Positions 28,370-40,300 of a stretch of DNA of 63,232 bases are shown one piece after another. Origin of the DNA: Bacilli bacterium (GTDB lineage: Bacteria; Bacillota_I; Bacilli_A; RF39; UBA660). Numbering within the stretch: position 1 is the first letter of the stretch; the number at the start of each line of letters is the position of its first letter. The DNA lies in NCBI GenBank assembly GCA_017515795.1, contig JAFWEE010000002.1, positions 1 to 63,232 of the forward strand, in the 5' to 3' direction. The position numbers were made by a program, and so were the translations under genes. The notes under the pieces are model-generated. The model worked only from the letters and a program-made list of their open reading frames with translations, made no database searches and was not told where the DNA came from.

Positions 28370-31300
28370 ATGAAAAAACTTAAAAAAGGAAAGGTAATAG
28401 CTGCTTCATTAATAGTATTATTAGTGGGTGTTATAGTAGGCGTAATTAGTTTATCAAAATATGATAAATACGCTGGATTAGTTAAAGTTAATAATGCTAA
28501 GTTAAGCAGTATATCTACTAAACTAAGTGCTAATATAAGTGATCTTAGTGAAGAAAATGAAATCTATACGAAAGGTTATGATGAAGTAGTTTATAAAATT
28601 AAATATAAACTATCCGAAGTACCAGGAGATAGAGATGTAATTATTAATGCTAAGATTGATGAAAATGATCCATATGCTAGATTTAAGAATCTAACTGGAA
28701 ATAATATTTCATCAGTATTATCATCAAATGGTAAGGAGATAACAATTACTCTTAGTAATTTACCATCTAATGAAGAAATAGAAAGCAAATTAATTTTATT
28801 AATTGAAAATGCTCCAAAAGGATATACAGTTAGTCCTATCGTTAGAATAAAGGAATCTACTGAAGATAGTTATACTAATGTATCAGTTAGAGCAGTAACA
28901 GTTAATACAAATAGTTTACAAGGATATGTTACTGATGAAAGTGGTGCTAAAGTACCAAATATAATAGTTTCCCTAAAGAAAAACAATGAAATAATAAAAG
29001 AAACATATACAAATAGTGAAGGAATATATACATTTAGTGATATAGAACCTGATACTTATACAGTATTTATTAATGAAGAAATATATGAAAACTTATCTGT
29101 TGGTAATTTAGTAATAGATGATGCTTATCAATTAAACTTAATTGTAAGAAGAGTTGAACCATATAATATTGAAACTAATAAATATATAACAAAAGTTGAA
29201 TTAAATAACTTAGGAATTAATAAGAATTATACGTATAATGATGTTACTCTTGCACAAATACCTGTTAAGAGAGTAGACGATTTACATGGTAAGATTTATT
29301 ATAAAATAACAGTTCAAAATACTGGTGGAAAAGAAGGAATTATTAGTTCAGTTAGAGATGAACTTCCTGAAGGGCTTTCATTTGATGAATCACTAAATAG
29401 TGGTTATGAATTAAAAGACGGAATAATATATAATAGAAATCTTGAAGGATTAACTTTAAGAGCAGGTGAACAAATATCTGATACACTAGTTCTTACAATA
29501 GAAAATACAAATGTAGCTAAAACATACATTAATAAAGTAAATGCTAGAGGAGAATTATATGAACATGTTGTTTACTTATTAAATGGTAGTACATATAAAA
29601 CATTGGATGTTCTTGAAGGAGAAAAAATTGAAGATTTACCTGTTAATAACAATAATTTTTCTGGATGGTATACAGATGAAAAATTGACTAATAAATATAA
29701 TTTTACTTTACCAGTAGAAAAAGATTTAATTCTATATGGTGTTACTCAAACAAAACATACTGTAGTATTTAATGATAAAGACCCTGAAACATTAGTAGAA
29801 ACAGAATATGATAGACAAGAAGTTCCAAATGGTGAAAAAGCTGATGAACCTACACCAGAACCTAGTCATACAGGATATACATTCTGTGGATGGGATACAG
29901 AAAATGGAACACATTGGGACTTTAATACTCCAGTAACTACTGATTTAACATTAACATCATGCTATGAAATTAATTCATATAAAGTTGAATTCTATGATAA
30001 TAGTATGAATGAAGGTGGTTTATTTGAATTAATAGATACAGTAAATAAAGTATATAAGAGTGTAATTGCTAGTTCTGAAGCTCCTGATTTAACAAATGCT
30101 TGGGCTGGACATACATTCTTAAAATGGACTACTGATCAAGCCGGTCAAAATGCTTATGATTTTACTTCATTAATAACTGGTGATATTAAATTATATGCTC
30201 AATATACATTACAAGATAGATTATTTATATTTGATGATGAAGGAAGAATAACTAATAAAACCGTTAATTATGGTGATACTGTTTCACCAATTGCAGACCA
30301 AGGAAAAGATGGACATACATTTAGACATTGGTCATTAGAACAAAACGGAAATACTGCTTTTGATTTTAGTACTAGAATATATCAAAATACTAGAGTATAT
30401 GCAGTATATGACATAAATAAATATGATGTAGTATTTAATGATACTGATCCATGGACTGGAACTACAACTGAATATGATAGACAATTAGTTTCACATGGAA
30501 GTAAAGCAGATGAACCTACACCAGAACCAACTAAGGAAGGTCATTCATTCTGTGGTTGGCTTCTAAATGGTTCAGCTTATGATTTTGATACTCCAGTAAC
30601 AAGTTCAATTACTTTAACATCTTGTTATACTAAGAATAAAGTACATGTAACATTTATGGATGGAGATAATCAATATGCTGTTAAGGAAGTTGATTATGGT
30701 GATACAGTTACTGATACTGATACACATCCATCAAAAGAACATTATATATTTAAATTTTGGTCAGAAGATAATACTAATGGATTTGATTATAGTACACAAA
30801 TAAAGGCTGATAAGACTTTATATAGTGTATATGAAGAAGTATTACCTCCAGAAATAAGTCATGTTCCATTATATTGGACTAATGATAAAGTATTAGTTAC
30901 AGTATCATCTAGTAATCCAAATTATACATATAAATATAAGGTAGATAATGGTACTTATCAAGATTATACAGAACCATTTGAATTAACTACTAATAGTACA
31001 ATAGTTGCTAAGAGTATTTATGAAACTGTAGAATCTACTTTAACTTCTCATGAAGTAACTAATATTGATAAATTGAATCCTACAATAGATTCAGTAGTTA
31101 CTACACCATCATTAAATAGTATTGTTGTTAATGCTAGTTTAATTGATAATGAATCAGGTGTAGCATCTATTAACATTTATAAAGATGGAGTACTTGCTAC
31201 TACTATTTCAGGAACAGCAGTAAATGCTGATTTAAGAGATTATACAAAAACAAAGAGTATTAATTATACATTAAGTGGTCTTGAAAATAATACTCCATAT

Positions 31301-34300
31301 ACTATAAAAGTAGAGGTATTTGATGGTGCTGGTAATAAAACTGAAACAACAGTTACTGAAACAACAGCTACACCAGAAATAGTTGCTAGAATTATTTCAA
31401 TTGATGGTGTTCCTCTAAATGAACAAGACTATATAGAATTCCCATTACTTGCTCTTGCTATAGCAGATACTAACTGTGAAACAGAATGTGTTATTCAAAT
31501 GGTAAAGAGTACTAATGAATCTGTATCTATCCTTGATGGACAAGATATAACATTAGATTTAAATGGTAAAACAGTAGCGGGTGTTGTTCCTGGATATACT
31601 GTTTCAAATAATGGAGAATTTACATTAATAGATAATGCTGAAACTGCTGGTGGATTAATTAACAGAAGTGGTATTGCAATACTTAATAATCAAGGTGCAA
31701 CTTTAACACTTGGTGTTGGTAGTTCAGAAAAACCTGCAGATGAATATGATATAAGAACAGTATCAACTACAGTTCCATATGTATTTGGTGAAACTTATGG
31801 TATTTATTCTGAAAATAATTCTGAATTAAGATTCTTTGACGGTTTAGTTTCTGGAACTGATTCAATCTATGGTGAAGTTACTGAAACTGAATATTCATAT
31901 AACGTTAATGTTCCACCTGTAGGACAAGGTGAATATGAAGAAGCTTCATTATCACAATTAGATAATCCAGAAGCGAGAATTAATAGAAGTGTTTATTATT
32001 CTAATGTTGCTAATGCAATGGGGGATACTGCATCAGGTGTTGATACTTCTACGACAACAAGTACTTCATTCCTAACAGGGTTTGAACATTCTGATAAGGA
32101 TGAATCAACTGCTAATTATCAAACAGTTTCAGGATATGATTATGAATATGATCCTGATACAGATACTTTATATTCAACAAATAATATATATGGTTCAAAA
32201 GCATTTACTTCAACAACAATTGATTTAACTGGTTATAGTGATGATCAATTGCTAGATATCAAATATAATATAACTGAAAATAGTGATGGTTCAAAAGGAA
32301 CTCCTTATTTGACAGTAACTTGTGTAAGTGGTCCTTGCTATCCTGAAAATTTAATGCAATATTCTAGTGGAGAATATTTATATAGATTAAGAAAAGGTGC
32401 AGTTTATAACATTGAACTAAGTTTTACTCAACCTGTTCAAATTGTTAAAGCTAATGTAAATACATATCCATCTGGTGGATATAGTGTTATTGCTCCATCT
32501 CAATATGCTGATTCTCAAATGATTATAACAAGTGCAACTTTATCAACAGAGACTCAAGGAAGTGGAGAACATACAGCATATAATAATGGAATAGCATTCC
32601 ATGGATTCTATTATGATAGTGCAACTGATACATTAAGATCAGGTAATCAGTATCCTCAATCTCAAAAGGATTCTTATGCTGAATCATATATAGAAATTGA
32701 TTTAACCGGTAAAACAGGTACTTATGAATTATCTGTTAGTGCTTCTATGGAATCATATTATTATTCATATGGTAGAGTATATGTTGCTGAAGCTCCAACT
32801 AATCCTGTACAATACTATTCTTCTATGAATTTATTGTATTTTAACTCATCATATATGTCACATAGAAATGGTTCAGAAAGTTTTTATGACTATACTCCTG
32901 GATATTCTAAAGTTGGTCCGTTTACTGGAACTCAAACACTTCAAGGTGGTAAAAAATACTATGTTAATTTCCATTATCAACAACAAAATTTTAGTTCTGC
33001 TTCACAAGCCGAATTTGAAAATAATAATATTTCAGATCAATTCATAATAGACCGTATAAGTGTAGTAAAAACAAATGTAGTTGAAGCGGTAGATATTCCA
33101 AATGAAATGGTTGGTAATGCATTTGATTTAGATACTGACTTTAGATATAGAGGAGAATTAGGCTATTATGGTTTAACTTCAAATAGATTTGGCGAATATC
33201 ATGATTCTTATATTAAAGTTGATTTAACTGATGCACCTTTTGATAAAATATTAGAAATTGATGCACCATGGTTATATTCAAATATTGGAGCTATTTATAT
33301 AACATCTAATAACAGAGGTTTAACTAATGAATATATAAATGCAAATAGATATAATATGCTTATGTATAAGGATGATTATGATGTTAATAAGTCATATCCT
33401 TATATGAATTATACATATTTAGGTACTCCTTCAACATATAATTATTTATTAGAAAAAGGAAACGTATATTATATTCATTTTAACGCTCAATCCGGATTTG
33501 ATAGTTCTTATTATCCAAACTGTAATGTAGATCCTAACAACTCTAATTGTGGTATATATTTAAAAGGAATAAATATTAAGAATGTAGCGGAAAAGATATT
33601 AGACTTTGGTAGTAATCCAATTAATTATGGTACAGTTGATTATGATAGTTTACCAGAAGATAATCATACTATTACTCAATCAAATGGTGATTCTGTAAAT
33701 CTTCGTAGTCAAAATGTAGAATTTGTATATGATGCGGAAACAAAGACATTTAATACTCCACATCCTCTTGGACAATATATAGTTGCTTATTATACAACTA
33801 CTATTGATACTACAAACGAGGCAAATCCAGTTGTATATTCATTTACAGCTAATTATCAAGGTGGAAATAATGCTTCAGTAGCATATTATACAACTGATCA
33901 AAATGTACCTCCAGATATAGATCCTCGTGGAAATACTACATATCCTAGTGTTCCATATCAATATGTAAATACATATAGTCCTGCTTATTATTCATTTGAA
34001 CCTGGACATATTTATTATTTCTATCATTATGTTACTGGTACCGGAAATACAACTGCTAGTTTTAAACTTATTAAATTAGATAAAGTTGATGAAACTGTTA
34101 ATTATACTAAATATAATAAAATTATTACATTTAATGAAAATGTAGATGAAGTTCAAATATTAAAAAATATTGATCTACAGAGTTCAATTGCTGTTAGTGA
34201 AACTAAAGAAACAGTTCTTGACTTAAATGGATATAAAATTACTTCATCACTTTCAGATCCTATTATAAATAATAATGGTAAATTAACTATTATTGATAGT

Positions 34301-37300
34301 AAATATGAAACACAAACTGGTGATAATAAAGTTCATGAAGGAATACTAGAAAGTAGTGCTGGAGATATTATTAGAAATAATGGCGAGTTAACCATTAAAG
34401 ATTGTGAAATTCAAGTAAATACTACATCACAAAGCTATGCTGGTATTAATAATAATGGTACTTTATATTTTGATTCTGATGGTAATACTAAGATATATGT
34501 TAATAAGATGTATTCAATAGGAATAAATAATAATGGAAAAATTTATTCTGCTATGTCTCCAGTAGAGATAGTAATGAATTATAAAAACCAAGTTGAACAA
34601 AATAGTTCTCTATATAGAGAAATAGGTTCTACATCAACATATGCTATTGGATTAAAAAATGAATCTGGTGCATATCTAAATGTTGGCGGTTTAAAAATAA
34701 CTGGTAAAAATAGTACTGGTTTATCAAATTCATATAGAGGTGTTGCTGTTTTAAGATATGCTAATATCAATGTAGATATTAATCAATATGATAAGGATTA
34801 TGATCCAGATAATACTAATTATAAGAGATGGCCATATGAATATGTATATCGTTCTAGTAATACTTATTATCCAGTTATAACAGATTATTCTATTAGAAAT
34901 GATGGTATATTAACTATTACAGATGGTTCTAATATCAGTGGAAGAACTTATAATGGTAGTGAAATGCTTACATTTAATAGTTCTAGATTTGGACAATTAA
35001 TTGCTCAAAATTATTCAAAAACATTTGATAATTCTTCATTAATTGAGAATGCTTGGATTGAAGGTGATTCAACATTTGAAAATAATGGTTTAGTTCAAAA
35101 TACTTTATATAACTATGGAAATGCAGAAGCTACTAATGGTTGGTCAAATACATCAATAATTAATAACTATGGTAATTTTGATGGTGCACAAGGAACATAT
35201 AATATAATTAACAACTATAATAATGGTACTATGTCATTTAAAAATGCTAGTGCAAAACATATATTAAATCAAGGTAAAGAAATCACAATATCAACAACAA
35301 CAATTGATAGTACTGGTTCTGGATATAATGAAGCAATTGAAAATTCTGGAATATTAAATCTAGATTTTGGAGCAGCTGTTATTTCAGATGGAGCATATGG
35401 TATTATTAATATTCCATTAGCTATTCCAACAGAAAATAAATATTATAATCAGAGTTATGCTGAAAGAAAATATACTTCATACACATATAAGCAATTAGAA
35501 TTAAATATTGGAACTGATTTAAATAATCCTGGTAATGTTTCAATTACTGGTGCTGATTATGGTGTAACTGGAAATTGTTATCAAAAAGCATATAAAAAAT
35601 ATTTTGCTGATAATCGTTATGAAAACGAGAGATTTAAAGATATTAATTTCATTAAGTATTTAGATGGTTCAACTGAACCAATTAAAGAGAGTGAATATGA
35701 TCAATCTCTATGTATTGTAAATATGTATAGTGGTAATATTACTGCAACAAATTATCCAAATGTACCTTCAAGAGCAATTGATTTAGCTATTTCTAACACA
35801 ATAGATAATAGTTATACATATTGGAACAATGGTTTACATGTAACTACTAAAGCCGCTGCAGAAGCAAGTAATAAAACTGTTACTGTTGCTAAAATTGGTA
35901 GTACAGAGTACGTATCTGTTCAAGATGCAGTAGATAGTGCTCCATCTGGAACACCTACAACAATTGATGTTTTAGGATATACAGATGTATCTAGGGTAGT
36001 AATACCTGAAGGAAAAGATATAACATTGAATTTTGAAAATGGACATAATTCATTCCTATATGCTAGAAATGGTTCATTTGAAAATAATGGAACATTAACT
36101 GTAACTGGTACAGGTCAAATAATTGGATATAACAAGTATATATTTGATAATAATGGAACTGCTACATTTAATAATGGTACTTATATAAGTGGACCACTTT
36201 ATAGTTTCAATGAAGTTGCTCTAGTTAATAATAAAGGTAATGCAACAATTAATAATGGTTCTTATAATTATATAGATATGTATAATACAAAGAATTTAAC
36301 AATTAATAATGGTAGTTTTATTGATTCTATCATAATAGGTAATGGAGCTAATTCAGTATCTACAATAAAAGGTGGATATTATGGTGCACCATCAACTGAT
36401 AGAAATAATTTCTACTATGATTTTTCACTTACTAGAGATACAGTTCAAAATAGTACAAAGAGACATATATTTGAATTAGTAAATGGTGCTACAGCAGTAG
36501 TAGATGGCTTAAATACTTCTAGTGATTCTAGATATAATTCAAGTAATATTAGACCATTTGCAAGATTAGATGCATCTAATATGATATTAAGAAATGGTAA
36601 TGTAACTGCTGGTGCATTTGATACTTCAACATATATAGTTGCAGATAATAACAGTAATGTAACATTTGAAAGTGGAACATATGATAATATTCATGTTAAT
36701 AACTATAGTTCTACAGTAAATGTATTAGATGGAAATTTAACTGGAACTGATAATCTTGATTTAATTACAATGCAAGGTATATCTCCAGTTACTAATGTTG
36801 TTGGAGGAAATCTTACTTCTCCTGGCATAGCAATTGGTGTTACTAATTACACTGTAGATCCTGATTCTACATATTATGATGAAAATTGGCAAAGAGTATC
36901 TGATGATTATTCTTATGAAATCAATATTGGAACTAAAGGTGATAGAGATGCAAATAATAAGATTATTTGTACTAAAACATCTCCAATCATTAGAGGGGCT
37001 AATTATGGTATTTCAACATATGGAACTGCTGATTCATATGCTGGATTCTTAGGATTCTATGACGGTACTGTTAAAGGTATTGATGATGTATTTAGTATTA
37101 GTGTTGATGAAATAGAAGAAGACTATGAAGTTATATCTGATACTGAAGTAATTGATAGTTCAACATATAATATTAAATATCTAGATCAATTAGATTTAGT
37201 ACATAATAATAATAAGAATGTTAACTATAAATCATTCCAACAAGCGTTTGATGAAGCTGATAGTGGAGATGTATTAGAAACTTTAAGATCTTATACTAAT

Positions 37301-40300
37301 ACTTCAAATACTCCAACTATAACAATTGCAAATACTGCAAACTTCACATTAAAAGTTAATTATCCAATTACATCTAATAACATTAAGTTTATTGAAAATA
37401 ATGGTAATGTAACAATTGAAGGTAAGAAAGTATCAAATTATAAAGATATTACTACTAATGTAGCTGGTACAGTATTTGATAATAAAGGAACTTTAACATT
37501 AAATAATTTAAGTATGTCTAATATTAAAGGTAATCCTGCAGGTACAGCTGGAGTTACTAGTAGAGATATAATAATAAATAATTCTGGTGCTACTTTAAAT
37601 GTTAATGGAACTTATATGGAAACTGTTCAACATACATTTATTAATAATAGTGGTACATTAAATGTTGATAAATATGGAACAGCTAGTTGTTATGATACTG
37701 CAATATTCAAAGTATTATATGAACCTGGTGCTGAGCCATGTACTAATGCTACAATACCAATTATAAATAGTGGTACTGCTGATTTAGATTATGTAACAAT
37801 AGATTCTGATACTTATTGTAGATTATTAACAAATAGTGGAACTATGACAATTGATAATTCAACATTTAATCAAAGTTCATCAAGTTATGAACCAAATGTT
37901 TCTGTTTATGGATCTGTTGGAGGACAAGTTATTAGTAATGGTTCATCATTATCTATTAGTAATAGTAATTTGATTTATTCTCCATCTAGTGCTTCTTATA
38001 ATAGAGGAGAATATAGTAACTCGTATACATATTATGATAATTCATATATTACAAATTCTGGTAATTTAGTAATAGATTCATGTAAGGCTGAAACATCAAT
38101 CGATGGATTTATTAAAGAATATGGAAATAGTAATGCTGCAACTCAAACAAGTATTATTAATTCAACAATCCATAATAATTCATATGGTATTATTGATGGA
38201 GATTATGATGTAACAAATACTATTAATATAACTAATAGTAATATTAGTACACGTGATTCTATAATTGAAGGATATAGATATTATAGTTATCATAGTTGGT
38301 CTGAATACTCATCATTTGCATTCTATGTTCCAAGTAATAACGAAAAAAATAGCGTTATTAATATTAATGGTGGAACTTATACATCAAGTGGAAGACTTGG
38401 AGCATTTAATAGTACTGGAAGCTATACACCAATGAGTGGCGTTACATATAGTACAATGTGTTCTAGTGGATCAATGGATAGTAATGAATTAGATGTAAGT
38501 AGTCGTTATTTTGATTACAATGGTGATGATTGGGATCCTGGACATGTTGAAGCATATACTAATACAATTACAAATACTGGTACATTAAATGTTAGTGATG
38601 CAACTATTACAATGAATTTAGACGTATCTATTCCATCTATGGGTCACTATGATAGAATGAGATGGTATCTATATAAAGATACAATTAATAATCAAAACTA
38701 TTCTAGTAGTATTAGTAAAAATAATATGGCTGTTATTACAACATTTGGAACAGCAAATATTGTTAATTCAACTGTAAGTATTTCAAATTCTGATTCTCAA
38801 AATGCTATTCATGGAAGAGGTAATGATGCTGAATTAGTTCTTGGTGTAAAAGATGGTACATATGATAATCAAAAACCATATATTTATTCAAAAGCAGTAA
38901 CACCTATTATGAATCTAGATAATATTAAATTCTATGATGGTGTAATTGAGTCTTATGGTAATATTAAGCAAAGTAATTTTGCTGATAAGGAAACTGGATA
39001 TGTAATTACTGGTGATGATAATAAAGTATATTTATCTAAAGAGAAAGTTATTAAGAATGTTACTCAAGACATTGAATATACAAGTATTAAGGATGCAGTA
39101 ACAGCAGCAAATAACAATGATGAATTAAAATTGTTAAAACCATCATTTAAATCATCAAGTGCTGATGATGTAACATTAAATAATAAAAATATTACTCTTG
39201 ATTTAAATAACAAGAAAACAAGTGTTGAATTTAATTTAACTGGTACAAGTAAGTTAACAGTTTATGATTCAACTGGTGGTACTGATTCAAGACTATTTGT
39301 TAATACTAATGATAGTTCTACATTGGATATTTCAAGTGGTAATGGTATTATTAACGCAAATGATAATTCAATAGTTAATGTTAATGGTGATATAAATTAT
39401 GAAATTAATACATATGATAGTGCAACTTTAAATATAACTAATTCAACAGTAGATAGATTTACTGATGATAGTGGTAGTCAAGTAAATCATTGGATTACTA
39501 TTAGTGAAAGTTCATCAATTAATATAACTGATTCTACAGTAGATAGAATTGATTTATATGATACTGCAACAATAAGTACTACATGTTCTACAAATAATAG
39601 TGTAACTTTTGATTGGTTAGAAAACTTCTCAACTGCAAATAATACTATAACTTGTGGAAGCTTCATCTATGGCATATATAACGGAGATAATAATAATCCT
39701 GTTCAAAGTAATTTAACATTATCTAATGTAAATGCAAGCTCTATAAATAATAGATACGAAAGTACTATAAATATTAATAATAGTTCAACTACATCAATAA
39801 CTAATTATGGAACTGCAACAATAAATAATAGTACTGCTACTGGATATGTTGAAAACAATAAATATATTTCTGGTTCAACTACTAGAATGGATGTTGTAGA
39901 TAGTACTCTTAACTATAGTGTTGAAAGTTGTTTTACTTATGAAACTGAACATACTGGTAATTGTATTACTAATTTTACAAATACAACAATTAATGGAACA
40001 GTAACAAATTATAAGAATTCAACTATGACTATAATTGGTGGTTCTATAACAAAAGGTATAACTAATAGTGGTACATTAACTATTGGTACAAAAAATAGTC
40101 AAATTGATACTACTTCACCAGAAATAAGTTATTATCTAGACAATTATGGTAATGGAAATAAATATGGTCTTAAGAATTCAACTAGTGGAACTGTTAATTT
40201 CTACGATGGTATTATTACTGGTACAACTGATACTGGTGCAATTGTTGGTCTTATTAATGATATTGAACCAAATTATAAAATATCAGTAGTAGATAATGGT

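Noticed and set aside
29760-30630. Near-duplicate segments in the giant gene as a possible DGR template/variable repeat pair
   Set aside because: Ordinary in-frame domain duplication; differences are not adenine-specific and no reverse transcriptase is present
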